Assembly (NCBI GenBank): GCA_030704615.1
Contig: CM060731.1
Coordinates: forward strand, 46,624,001 to 46,688,000
DNA from: Takakia lepidozioides
Lineage: Eukaryota; Plantae; Bryophyta
Direction of reading: 5' to 3'
DNA length: 64,000 nucleotides
Below are positions 1 through 12,460 of the stretch, piece by piece. The notes under the pieces are model-generated. The model was given only the letters and a program-made list of their open reading frames with translations. It made no database searches and was not told the DNA's origin. Position 1 is the stretch's first letter. Every line of letters begins with the position of its first letter. The position numbers were made by a program, and so were the translations under genes.

Positions 1-723
1 CGTCAGAGAAATCGCATGTGACACGAGCTTGGTTCACACACTTTTCCGGATTCAGAGAATTGGTTTGATGAAGCTTGATGATTTTCGCACAGTTCTCCAT
101 CATGATGTAATCGAGCAGTACAAAACAGGGAAGGCTGCAAGGACTTGGTATTCTTTGACTCGAGATGCGTTTCTGGAGTACATGTATGCGGTATGGCCGA
201 ACCTATACTCATTTTTCTTCTACAAAACATGTTTATAGTACTGTTTTGCTTATCCATTCTTTGTTATATGCAGCAAGAACTAGCAGAGGCCACTGAGAGG
301 GGGAAATTTGAATAGCCATATTTTGGAGTCAGGTATGTATTATTTGAAATACCCGCTTTCATGCAATTATCCAATGACTTGGTGAAGTGCAAAACTGACT
401 GATGTTCCCTTTACAGCCGGAGAAGCGCGCCATTCTTGTGCTCGAGCAGAATTTGAAGGACTTGAATATTTTGATTGTTTCCCGCCACAAATGACCTTGG
501 AGGCGTACATCAGGAAGTGAAAAGGTCTCACTTGGCGATACTGTTTCTTCCGGGAGTTCTCGAAGGATGGTAACATATTACGGTCCAACAATTTTGATAG
601 TCAAGTTGGGGGGGAGTGGGCCATGATGCGAGTTGTGTACATGTGCAGTGTCTTACTAAAAACTGTGTTGCCTCAATTTAGAGACCCTTAGGCTGTGTTA
701 GCAATGTTCTTGACAAGAATTTG

Positions 724-970
724 GTGATGATCGGTGCCGATCATCACTTCCATTATTGTGAGCTTCTTCAAAGAGAGACTTCATTCCCATAGCATATGAC
801 ACTTTCAATTCCTCCATCCACACATAGGCGACTTGTTTGTAAACTGTAACCTGATGATCGGTGCCGATCATTGCATTCTGTAGTTCTGCTGTATGGATCC
901 AAGGTACTGGTTTGCATATCCATGTTACGTGGTCTTTGTCAGGAATGTGATGATCGCCACCGATCATCGC
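724..970. repeat. Intronic array of 3 type-A 24-bp palindromes (GTGATGATCGG-TG-CCGATCATCAC)
   Basis: Copies at 724-747, ~851-874 and ~947-970 lie between the MMRVVY exon and the YTKYVLMEG exon. Confidence 0.9.
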
Positions 971-3222
971 AATTGGCTTCTTTATGAGTTAACGGTTTGG
1001 TTGGTTGGGTTTTGTTTTATGGTTCGCAGGTACACAAAATATGTGCTTATGGAAGGAAAACATCTTAGCAGTATCCCTGATTATCTAGACATGTGGTCGG
1101 ATCCTGGCAACGATCCAACCATGTACACAGTAAAGGATCTTGAGGGACTGGAGTCTTCAGGGACTGTGGTTGGTACCTAGACTGTCCTCCTGAGCACACA
1201 ACGTTTCAAGAGCAGCAGATGACATATTTGAACAATCATGCTGAGATGCCGGCACCTCTAAACGACGAGGAGTACCAAAAAACCATAGCAGCATTGGCCG
1301 CCAAGGAACCGCCGGACGCGCAGGAAACAACCCAGAAAGGCAAGAAGGGGGGGCACAAGAACAAAGACAAGGATGCAAAGGGTTCTGATGCACAACCAAG
1401 TCACCTGCGAAGAAAAGGATAAAGACAAGTCGAAGGAGAAGGAGAAGGAGAAGAAGAATGATAAGGACTTCACCGTCGGGAGATATACCCGCACTATTCA
1501 GTGCATTTTCGATCCCAGGCCACACCCTTCCCGTGCGGAGCAGGGGAGATTAAGATTGTCAATGAGGGATGGCTGGCGATGATGGAGAGTCGGAAAAAAA
1601 GATACTCGGGGGTGCCTAATTTGCCTACTTGGGATAACATGATCTCTTTCTTTAATCTGGTGGGAGTTTCCCTTTGTTTTCTGTGCATTTGTAAGTGTCA
1701 TTGTCAGTATTGATCTTTGTTTCTCTCCAAACATTCTTCTCCTTCGTTCTCAAATTGAACATGTCTGCCGCAGGTGAGCACTGGTCCCTCCTTCGTGTGC
1801 GGTGTGCAAAAATTGTTTGCTATTGACATGGTCATTCTTAACATCCCGGACGCCCAGGCTGTTCCAGACGTTCCTCCACAGGGCAAGACGCCAAGCTGAA
1901 ACAAATTCGATGACAACTACTGGAGTTGGGTGTTCGGGTTCTGCAATAATTTCCTTTGTGACGTAGAGCCAGATAGAAGGGGGAGGAGGACGCATTTGTA
2001 TAGTTCAGAGTCACCCTCCATGCCAAAAAGGCTTCTTCCGCTTGCCTTGCACGCATGGTAAGTTGCACATGCCCCCGACAAGAAGACATCAACAGGTTGG
2101 AGGGGGGGGGGGCCAATGCGAAGATGAAATAGGTGAAAGAAAACCAAAACTCAAGGGCGAGAATGAACCTGTGGATATTGAGAGGTCGACCACCCGTGCA
2201 GAATGGTGGCTGCATGACTCCAGGAGTGTCTGCATGAACGTTGGGGTTCTCTCCTTTGCACCTCTCCAAGGAGTGCCATCTGGTCTCTTGAGAGTCTGAC
2301 TGGACAACATGAAGTTGTACAACATGTCATCGACATGCGGCTCATAAGGGGGGTTGATGAAACACCCCTGGTCAGAAATCTCAAAGCTTTGGACGGAGGA
2401 TGGTGTCTTTGAGGTGCGAATCCTCCGCAGGCAGATCGCCTCGAACATCTTTGTCTGGCAAAGACTGAAGGTTAGGGTGCCACATAAAAATAATTGTGGA
2501 AGTTTCTATCAAAACATAGTCATGCAACAAACCGAACTGACAAGTATTTGTGATGATCGGTGCCGATTACCACAGATACTTCAAGAGTTAGGCTGCAGAA
2601 AACACTGATGAAAGCATAATCAGGAGGGAGGTGTCATACCAGCTGTCCAAGACAACCCCCTTTCACAAGGTAGAGGATGTTCACACAATTCCATGTGTGC
2701 AGAATTTCAAACCCAGAGGACTTTAGGTATGATGTCAATGCCCAACGACTATCCTTGTCACATGACTGAAAGAGCAGAAGAGTCCTTGCAAAAGATTCTA
2801 ATCCGGAATGATGAGGATCCAGAAGATAAGCAGGTCGACAACGACGAGACAACGACTTTTCATGTGAGTAAGTTTGCCATTGACTTCTCATTCCTTTTTG
2901 GCACTATTCTTCTCTGATACCCGTCCTCGTCGAGAGGCGCCAGCATTTCCGCATGGTTGTTCATATGTTTCATTTGCTATTCTTGAAACGTTGTGTGCTC
3001 AGGAGGGCAGTCGAGGTATCATTCGCGATCCCTGAAATGGGCAGGACTCCAGTCCTTCAAAATCCCAGCTGTGTACATGGTTGATTGGCAGGATCCGACC
3101 ACATGTCGGGATAATAGGGACACCGCTCAAGTGTTTTCCCTCCATGAGCACATATTTTGTGTACCTGCGAACTTGCAAACCCAATGCAATTCCTAACATG
3201 TCAATTTACAAAACATGAGAAT

Positions 3223-4280
3223 ATGATGATCGCCGGCGATCATCACATTCCCTATAGAGAGTGACTGTTGATGGGAATTCTACTACCTAACAAGTATCAC
3301 CCTGAAGAAGGTCTAAATATGATGATCGCCGCCGATCGTCATATTTTCTTGAAAATTTCAGTTTCAATCGGGGAAAGGTAGGACTGCAACACGAAAGCAA
3401 AACGATGCAGTTCACATTTCTGGGTGAAATGAAGATTTCTCTGCAAAAGCACACAACAGTTTGAGTGATGATCGGTGTCGATTATCACTTCCTTCCAGCC
3501 CTAAGATCACGTTTTGATGGACAACTAACTTTGCAATGGGGGGAAAGATGCAGGACTCAAACACGAAAGCAAACAATGTGAACCACATTTCTGGCCGAAA
3601 TGGAAAATACTCTACAAAATCTTGAAGCACTGTAAGTGATGATCGGTGTCGATCATCACTTCTTTGCAGGAACAAGACTGACTGTAGGAATTTTAAAAAA
3701 AAAAAAAAAAAAAAAAAACTGACCTCTTTGCCGATCTGCAAAATCTTCAAGCACTGGAAGTGATGATCAGTGCCGACCAACACTTCTTTGCAGGAAAAAG
3801 ACAGACTGCAACAACCGATAGACCAAAAAAAAACAAAAAAACTTACAGACCTCTTTGCCGATCTGAAAAATCTGGAAGCACTATAAGTGATGATCGGTGC
3901 CGACCATCACTTCTTTGCAGGAAAAAGACTGACTGCAGCGAAAGAAAAAACAAAAAAAAAAAAAAAAAAAAAAAACTTACCGACCTCTTTGCCGATCTGA
4001 AAAATCTTGAAGCAACAAGACTGACTGTCAAAAAAACGAAAAAAATAAAAAAAAAAAAAAAAAAATAACTGACCTCTTTGCCAATGTGCAAAATCTTGAA
4101 GCACTGTAAGTGATGATCGGTGCCGATCATCACTTCTTTGCAGGAAAAAGACTAACTGCAAAAAACAAAGAAATTAAAAATAAATAAAAATTGACCTCTT
4201 TGCCGATCTGAAAAATCGGAAGCACTGTAAGTGATGATCGGTGCCGACCATCACTTCTTTGCAGGAAAAAGACTGACTGC

Positions 4281-4316
<36 letters not shown>

Positions 4317-4620
4317 GACCTCTTTGCCGATCTGAAAAATCTTGAAGCACTCCAAGTGATGGTCGGTGCCGATCATAACTTATTTGCAGAAACAAGACTG
4401 ACGACCACAGAAATTTTTTTTTTAAAAAAAAAAAACTGACCTCGATGCCGATCTGAAAAATCTTGAAGCACTGTAAGTGATGATCACTCGATCCTGCACC
4501 GATCATCACTTCATTACAGGAATAAGACTGACTTCTAAAAATAAAAATAATTATTAAAAAAAAAACACTGACCTCGTTGCCGATCTGCAAAATCTCGAAT
4601 GATGATCTGTGCCGTCGAGC
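3223..4620. repeat. Tandem ~120-130-bp repeats, most units with a type-A palindrome and a variable poly(A) tract
   Basis: Recurring unit CTGACCTCTTTGCCGATCTG..AAATCTTGAAGCACTGTAAGTGATGATCGGTGCCGATCATCACTTCTTTGCAGG..AAGACTGAC-(A)n. Palindromes at ~3223, 3319, 3465, 3636, 3760, 3887, 4110, 4231, 4356 and 4477. Confidence 0.9.
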
Positions 4621-4805
4621 TTGTCTCCGCGGTTAAGGGTGCTCTTCCGCGGAAATACACTCTGCTTCTTCCTGGGCGCGCGATGACGTGGAGTGAGCCC
4701 GGTGACGTGGCATGAGCCCTGCTGTGCTCACGTGCTCACGCCGAGGCATCCCGGATTCAACATAAGCTTAGGTGAAGTTGAGTGAGTTTTTGTCAATGAA
4801 CGAAA

Positions 4806-5535
4806 GTGATGATCGGCACTGATCATCACTATCAGGTCCATGTAAGAAAGAAGAATGTCATGTTTGTAGTGTTGAAATGAACATGGAGAAGGTGATAATC
4901 GGTACCGATCATCACTATCCAGACATTGTGCTTTGATTTATAGATGGGAGTTTCAGGTTTGCCACAGTGTCTTTTGCGATGGTCGGTACCGATCATCGCT
5001 GTTCCTTTAGAACTGAGTGCACTTGCAAGTGTAAACAAGCTGCATTGCACATTTGTTTGAGACAATAGACAATGATGATCGGTACCGATCATCACTATCC
5101 AGACATTGTGCTTTGCTTTGCAGCTGGGAGTTTTAGGCTTGCCACAAGGTCTGTTTGTGATGGTCGGTACCGATCATCGCAGTTATTTAAGAACTGAGTG
5201 CACTTGCAAGGGTAAATAAGCTGCATTGCACATTTGTTTGAGACAAGAGAAAGTGATGATCGGTACAGATCATCACTGTTCGAACATGTCTGATTGTCTG
5301 ATTGGGGTGGCCTCGTGCAGAAAAATGTTAAGAACAAGCAGGCAGAAACAGAAGCGAAAGGATCTGGAGATTGGGATGACTCTGCGAAGAGTTCAGAGAA
5401 TAGCAAAGACACAGATGAACCTGAAGTGCACTACCTTGAGAAAGTGAAAGAACTCATGTCATATCAGAAGGTAAACTCCCAAGAGGTTATTAGGGACATG
5501 ATCGACTCTTGAGGACGTCTTGACATCCCTCTCTC
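4806..5535 (+). mobile_element. Fragment of MULE cargo gene: intron with 6 type-A palindromes, then the 5' part of the ParB-like exon
   Basis: Palindromes at ~4806, 4892, 4976, 5072, 5157 and 5253. They are followed by KGSGDWDDSAKSSENSKDTDEPEVHYLEKVKELMSYQKVNSQEVIRDM, homologous to the 5' part of ORF 13656-14354. Confidence 0.8.
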
Positions 5536-6770
5536 ATTAGTTCTCGGTTTTTTGAAAATGTGTAGTTCGACATACACATCAGCACTCCCCAATGTTATTT
5601 GAATTCTCTTTTAAATACTCCACCATAGCGTCAAATTGATCTCTACTCTAGGGTTAACAGCATGCTTGAGCCATAGTCATGAGCCATAGTCATGAGCCTG
5701 GTATAGCATGATGTGAATGGTAGGCCATTGTAATATCGGGTAGGTGTTTGTGAACCGGCTCTGGAAAGGTTAACAGCCTGCTTGAGCCATACTCCTGGCA
5801 ACTGTGTATCAGAGCTAACATCCCCAAAGCCCTATCAGTCTGGACGCCTACCCCCAGAAGCCTGCAACTACTTTGGGGACTGCCAGCTGATTGTCTCTTG
5901 ATCGACTGGACAATATTGAGAAGTGGACCAAATGTATGCTCGCATTTTACTCATGTTGGATGTTTGTTGCCCTCTCTAGCTATGCAATCTAGCGATAGTG
6001 ATACCTCACTAGCTTTACTAGTGTAAGCTAGCTAGGTCTGTGGAATCTGATGTGAGCCAGTTGTGCATACATTCCGGTATAAAGTGATGTGTGTGCATTC
6101 CGATATTAGTGAGGTAGGTCTTGTACTGAACTTTTAGAAAACCTAGCTCAAAAACACAAGATTGTTATTGTTGTCCTACTGACCCTCTTGCATGGGACTA
6201 CATTGTGGTCAGAACATCGAGCAAAGGAGCGGTGGTTGGGGAGTGTCTTCTCGTCTTTGACTCATGTATGGCACTGCAGCTTTGGACTGATTGATCCAAA
6301 GAGTAGGTGAGGAAGAGATCATGGGGCCCAAGACAGGCAAGCATACAATGGTGTTGAAGGTAACTGCTTTGCATAACTGTTTTCAATTAGTTAAGTTGAT
6401 TTTTGAAGTTATTTTAAGTGAACTCACTTGTGTTTTTCAGAGACTTCGACCCGTGCAAAAAGAGTTTGTGAAGATGAAAGGGCTCGAGTTGGTTAACGAG
6501 TAGATCGGGTTCATCTGTCAAATCCATGGATCTGGGCTTATGTACAAATTCGACAAGGATTATGACACAGGCCAGTTTACCAAGTTACTTGGCACGAGTA
6601 GTTTTGAGAGTGATTTTGTAGGCTACTACAAGATGGAGGGGGATGATGCGACTGTAAAGTCTTCCATCGACCTTTGTGAGCTATTTAGCAACCTCACCAA
6701 AAAGAGAAACGGTTAGTCTCTAAGTCTCTTGGTGACCATAACTTGTATGCTCACACCAAAAGTTGTGCCA

Positions 6771-7600
6771 CAGGAATGCCTCGGCGTGAGTGCAGCTAGG
6801 CTCACACTGAGGCACCACGCGCACACGCCACGTTACCGCTCGCCCACACCACGTCACCGCGCACCCATTCCGCCCAGGAAGAAGAAGAGTGTATTTCCGC
6901 GGAATAGCACCCTTCACTGCGGGAACACGCACGACTACTTGCGTTATGAGTTCGAAAAAAGAACATGAAAACTGCGAAGTTCAATATGACTCTAAGTCAC
7001 TACAATCTATTCCCGCCTCCTCTGCATTCAAGTCCAAGAATTTCATAACTCCTAAACTACGATGTCTACACTAGCTATCAGACAACAAGGGGTCCGGGGA
7101 TGGAGCCTCGGACATGCGAAGTGCCATTGCTTCGGCATACACAAGAAGCACAAAACTGTGGAGGGGGCTATCATATACAGTCTCATCCCATATGTTGTTC
7201 GCTGCTGAAGACCCATAACTGCATTTCCTGCAAGCCACAACAAGAAAAATGAAACTACCCATAAGCTCTGATTGTGAATGGCGGCACCGATCATCACTTT
7301 CCTACAGATTCCCGCACTTGCATGTATGAGCATTAGGGTCTGTAATCGTTGTTGCACTCCCACCTAATTTACCAAACGCCCCATTTGAATCGCGATGATC
7401 GCCACCGATCATCACTTTCCTACAGATTCTCGCACTTGCATGTATGAGCATTAGGGTCTGTAATCGCTGTCGCGCTCCCACCTAATTTACTAAACGCCCC
7501 ATCTGAATCGCGATGATCGCCACGGATCATCACTTTTGTGTCATTGAAACTCTTTGTATGCCATTCCCAGACCCTCATCTTCCCTAAAACAGTGCAGTTG
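6771..7600 (-). mobile_element. Truncated terminal fragment of the same MULE family (cargo-side end, last cargo exon, 3 palindromes)
   Basis: Starts CAGGAATGCCTCGGCGTGAG, matching the 8733 terminus. 7000-7230 is similar to 9455-9680. Palindromes at 7274, ~7392 and 7510. Confidence 0.75.
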
Positions 7601-7886
7601 AGAACGGGTTGGCTACTTGTTTTTCAGTGTGTGGAGACGTTCAAGAGTATGTCGCTAGTTCCAATGGGAGATGCAAAACAAGTGGGAATTGTAGACCAAA
7701 TGGGAGATGGAATTCATTGTCAAGAGCAGCTATTTCTAGGCTTGAAATGTTTGCTTCTCGAGAAGTTCCATTAGGGTCTCATCTTTGTTGAATAACACAA
7801 TAGGGCCCACTCCCAAAAGGGGGCAATAGCCGTGAGGCGAAGTGGCTCTTAGTTACGCCGGTCTTTGGCCGGAGTCTTCTCTTTTG

Positions 7887-8640
7887 AATAACACATTCCA
7901 ACTGACGACAACTTGACTCCTCTCTATCTCCCAACATCGATATGTTTTTGACTCTCGACAATATCCAAGAAAAATACATAGATTTGTGCTCTTAGAGTCT
8001 AACTTTTATCTCAATTGCTTGGGGACAAGTGCATAAACTGTACATCCGAAAACTTTGATATGTTTAAGGTCACGTCCCTCTCTCTTCCATGCTTCCAATG
8101 TTGTTTTCCCACTCAATACTCGTGTGCAGGTTTTATGTGATATATAAACTGCAATAATGGCTATTTCTCCCCAAAGTTTAGGGTTAACTCTCTCACATCA
8201 ACACAACAGTAAAGTGTAGGCTCATAAAGTCTTGTAGGAATTCTAAAAAGAGAATACTAACAATGCACCAAATACTCCAACACAATCCACAACAAGCACT
8301 ACAAAAATGATTTACTCATGAGGGTTGCCTGCAAGGCTCTTGGTACAAAAATGAATGAATGCCAACTGCAAACATAAGCCTTAGTATATGATGAGCATAA
8401 GGCGGGATCAATGTATCGTTCAAAAGATGGCACGTCAACACTACCTGACATGTACAACATGAACGGCCAATAGTATGGTAGAACTAAATTTTTTGCTAAG
8501 TTGGCTCTCTCACTGATATATTCGCTGAACTACTCTGTGATACGTCTGTAATTCCAACAATTTCATCCCTAAGAATAATTACATCCTCCCGTTGAAAGAA
8601 GGTGAACACGTTGAACCTTAGATCACCTAGGTTGAGGTTT
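7887..8640 (-). repeat. 754-bp tandem-duplicated unit containing a degenerate Ty1/Copia integrase C-terminal fragment; the second unit (8641-8732, 20195-20758, 21452-21475) is split by two insertions
   Basis: Near-identical sequence restarts at 8641 and resumes after 20194. The minus-strand translation SGKTPLEAWKREGRDLKHIKVFGCTVYALVPKQLRKKLDSKS matches the Copia post-integrase motif. Confidence 0.8.
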
Positions 8641-9839
8641 AATAACACATTCCAACTGACGACAACTTGACTCCTCTCTATCTCCCAACATCGATATGTT
8701 TTTTACTCTCGACAATATCCAAGAAAAATACACAGGGATGCCTCGGCGTGAGCCTGGTCACGTGAGCGCGTGAGCGCAACTGCGCTCACGCCACGTCACC
8801 TTGCGCAAATGCCACGTCACGGGGCTCACTCCACGTCATCACACGTGAAGGCCGCGTCACCACGCGCCCAGAAAGAAGTGGAGTGTATTCCCGCGGATTG
8901 GCACCCTTTACCGCGGAAACAAGCTGGACGACATAATAAAAGGCATTGAATAAAGGATGGATGAATGTACAGTTGGATGATAAACAGATGGATGAGTGTG
9001 AAAAATGAATGTAGATGGATGAATGAGGGATGGATAAGAGTAAAATGGATGAATGTATAATGGATGTTGAGCAATGACAAAAATTCATGACAGGAAGATG
9101 CATGACCAAATCTTTTGACGAATGCACCTCGTATATGAAATGAGTGTGGAAGGTTTGTGGGGTGGATTAAAGAGTACAGAGGATGAATGTACAATGGATG
9201 TTGTACAAAGGAAAAAATTCATGAATGGAGCACGCATGAATACAGTGTAGATGAATGCACAATGGATATGAGAAGAGTCAGGGAGGTTTGTGAGATGGAT
9301 TCATACATATTGCAATTTAAACGAAAGTTGATTCTGTGATTATTATTTGTTCTAAAGGAACAACTACGGTGGAGGAAGGGGATTCAACGTTTTCCAGATA
9401 ATATGAAAATGAATATTAAAAGAATACAGTTCAGTCTGACTCAGAGTCAGTACAATGTATCCCCGCTTCCTCTGCATCTAAGTCTAAGTATTTTAGAACA
9501 CCGGATCCACGCTGGATACACCTACGGCTGGCCACTAAAAAGTCAGGGGATAGGGACTCGGCCGCGTGAAGTGCCATTGCCTCGGCATAAACAGGAAGAA
9601 GAAAATTGGAAAGGGGGCTGTCGAAAACAGACTCGCCAGAAATGACTGTATCTCCTGAAGATCCACCGCTGCCTTTCCTGAAAGACAGCCTGAAAAAGTT
9701 ATTACTGTAACTTTGATGTTATCGAGAAATTGAGTATGACTCCCAAAGAGGGTTTAGCACTTACTCACATGAAAAGTCGTTGTCGACCTGCTTATCTTCG
9801 GGATCGTCATCATTTCGAATTTGAATCCGATCAGTCTGT

Positions 9840-10831
9840 GTGCCTGAAGTGGAGCCAGACAAAAGGGGGAGGAGCACTGTGTTGTAGAGGTCAGAATCAC
9901 CCTCCATGCCAAAAAGGCTTCTTCCGCCTGCCTTGCATGCGTGGTAAGTTGCTCCTGCACCAGACAGGAGAACATGAACAGTTTGGAGGGGGGGATTTAA
10001 GCAGATGAAACTGTTGAAAGGAAACCAATTCGGAAGGGAAAAAACGAACCTGTGGACACAGAAAGATCGACCACCCGTGCAGAGCGGTGGCTGCATGACT
10101 CCAGCAGTATTTGCATGAACGCTGGTGACTTTTCCTTTGCACCTCTCCAGGGAGTGCCATCTGGTCTCTTCAGAGTCTGACTGGACTGCATGAAGTTGTA
10201 CAAAATGTCATCGACATGGGGCTCATAGGGGGGTTGACGAAACAACCCTGGTCAGAAATCTCAAAGCTGCGGATGGAGGATGGTGTCTTTGAGGTGCGAA
10301 TCCTCCGCAGGCAGATCGCCTCGAACATCCTCGTCTGGCAAAGATAGCAGGTTAGTGTGGTAAACACAATCTATAGTGGAAGTGTGTACATCGGCTATTC
10401 AGAACTCTGACACAAAAAAATCATGAATCGGTGATGATCGGTGTCGATCATAACACATTCTACTAGAGTGGAGCTGCAGAGAAAATTGAAACTCATGATC
10501 AAAGCACAAGCAGAAGGGAGACGGCATACCAGCTGACCAGGGAAACCCCCTTTCACAAGGTAGAGGCTGTTCACACAATTCCATGTGCGCAAAACTTCAA
10601 ACCCTGAAGACTTGAGGTATGATGCCAATGCCCGACGACTATCATTGTCACATGACTGAAAAAGCAGAAGTGTCCCTGCATCAGAGAGGAAGTTGTTGCA
10701 GAACCCGAACACCCAACTCCAGTAGTTGTCCTCGAATTTGTTCCAGCCTGGCCATCCGGGATGTCGAGAATGACAATGTCGGCCGCATAAGTTTTCTGCA
10801 CACCGCACACGAAGGTGGGACCTGTGCTCAC
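9840..10831 (-). pseudogene. Beta-class N6-adenine/N4-cytosine DNA methyltransferase-like domain (N6_N4_Mtase fold), 3 exons
   Basis: Motif order IV...X-I-II as in beta-class MTases. DIVILDIPDG (cf. DLIxTDPPY), FLSDAGTLLLF (cf. rvLkpgGsl), AKEKSPAFMQILLESCSHRSARVVDLSVSTG (cf. TqKP..L...li...s..gd.VlDpF.GsG), ATYHACKAGGRSLFGMEGDSDLY (cf. tT..AA..lgR..iG.Ei...y). Confidence 0.75.
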
Positions 10832-11736
10832 CTGCAACAGACATGTTTTTTATAAGAACGATGGCAAGATTGTTTTCAAAGAACGAGACTGAAATACTGC
10901 CAACGAAACTTTCAGAGAAAAAGGAAAGAAACTGGAATTCTCACCAGATTGAGGAATGAGATTATATTGTCCCAGGTAGGGGATGGCACCCCAGTGTATC
11001 CTCTCTTTCGACTCTGCATCATCGAAAGCCAACCCTCATTAACAATTTTCATCTCTCCTGCGGAATCAGAACGGGAAGGGTGTGGCTTGGCATCGAACAC
11101 GCACTGAAGAGTGCGGGTATATCTTCCAGCAGTAAAGTCCTGCCCACTCTCCATCTCCTTTTCATTCTCCTTCCCCTTGTCCTTTTCCTTCTCTTTGGAC
11201 TTGTCTTTGTCCTTTGGCTTTGCTGGTGAGATGGCTATGACATCAACAGCCTTGTCTTTTGGTTTGCGGCCCGCCTTCTTTCCCTTCTGCGGCGTTCCCT
11301 GAGCATCAGGCTCCTTGGCAGCCAACGTTGCTATGTTTCGTTGATACTCTTCGTCAGTCAAAGGCGCCAGCATCTCAGCGTTATTGTTCAAGTATTTCAT
11401 ATGCTGTTCTTGAAAGGTCGTGTGCTCAGGTGGGCAGTCAAGGTACCAGCCACAGTCTCTGAAGTGAGAAGGACTCCAGTCCTTCAATATCCCTGCAGTA
11501 TACATGGTTGGATCGTTTGCAGGGTCCGACCACATGTCAAGATAGTCGGGAATTCCGCTCAGGTGATTTCCTTCCATAAGCACATATTTCGTGTACCTGA
11601 AAAAAGGAGATAAATCCCAACCCACAAAAGCGCTCAGTGAGTAAGATGCAAGTAGAACAGAATGAAAAAAACATAGATTGAAATGGCTCTGAGAACTGCT
11701 CCAAGGACCTTTCAGGACCACACTACTGCTCCAGAT

Positions 11737-12460
11737 ATGAATGTCGTCAACGCCATTCAGAACATTCCATTCAATGATACTGTAAATACACCCAATCCAG
11801 GTGAATGCAAATTATCGTTTAGGAATGACACAGACATAGAAGTGAATGTCGTCAACGACATTCACTAATGAAGCCAAATTATTACTTAAATGAAGCAAAA
11901 TCACAGGATGGAAATCAAAAAATCGAGTAAGGAACCCACCAGGAAAACTCAATGCACATTCATAACGAACATATCACTGAGGACCTCACAACATCACTGT
12001 ATGTGAATGGCGTCAACGCCATTCACAAAAATACCAAAAAGAAACCAATTACTTAGCTCCCAATCCATGTAAATTCAATTTGTCGCTGTTGAATAATACA
12101 GACACAGCAGTGAATGTCGTCAACGACATTCACTTTGGATTTCTCATAACAGAGCTTATCAAGCCTCCAGATTCCTCGCAAGAGGCAAAAACAATGCAGA
12201 ACAACTGAATGTCTGCATTGACATTCAGCAAAATGAAGTGAGGAACCCTCACTGTAACCTCTATGGACATTACAAAAATTTACATAACTCTGAGGACCTC
12301 TCAACAACTCCGTATGTGAATGTCGTCAACGCCATTCAAGGACATTATCAATTCTAATCAGGGACAATATAATTGCACCCTTAGATCCTAACCAGGTGAA
12401 TTCATATACTCGCTTAAGAATGACTCAGACAAAGAAGTGAATGTCGTCAACGACATTCAA
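11737..12460. repeat. Intronic array of 6 type-B 24-bp palindromes (GTGAATGTCGT-CA-ACGACATTCAC / GTGAATGGCGT-CA-ACGCCATTCAC)
   Basis: Copies at 11737, 11842, 12003, 12110, 12316 and 12437, spaced ~105-205 bp apart within a higher-order ~270-310-bp repeat. Confidence 0.9.

Larger units (their letters stand above)
1..4754 (+). mobile_element. Older subfamily copy of the ParB/MTase-carrying MULE (cargo-side arm, rearranged; continues left of the window)
   Basis: Exons are homologous to the cargo gene of 8733-20185 (VHTLFRIQRIGLMKLDDF at 29-238, YTKYVLMEG at ~1030, WSWVFGFCNNFL at ~1920). It ends with the family terminus CACGCCGAGGCATCCCGG at ~4754. Contains stops, deletions and an internal inversion. 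Confidence 0.8.

Noticed and set aside
3412-4590. Poly-Lys/poly-Phe ORFs
   Set aside because: These are translations of poly(A) tracts in the tandem repeat.
3223-5276. CRISPR array (regularly spaced palindromic repeats)
   Set aside because: Spacers are long (~60-200 bp), often homologous to each other and poly(A)-rich rather than unique. There are no cas genes, and the context is a spliced eukaryotic transposon.
6180-6720. Possible exon fragments of an unknown gene
   Set aside because: Contains an in-frame stop and no recognisable motif; cannot be assigned.
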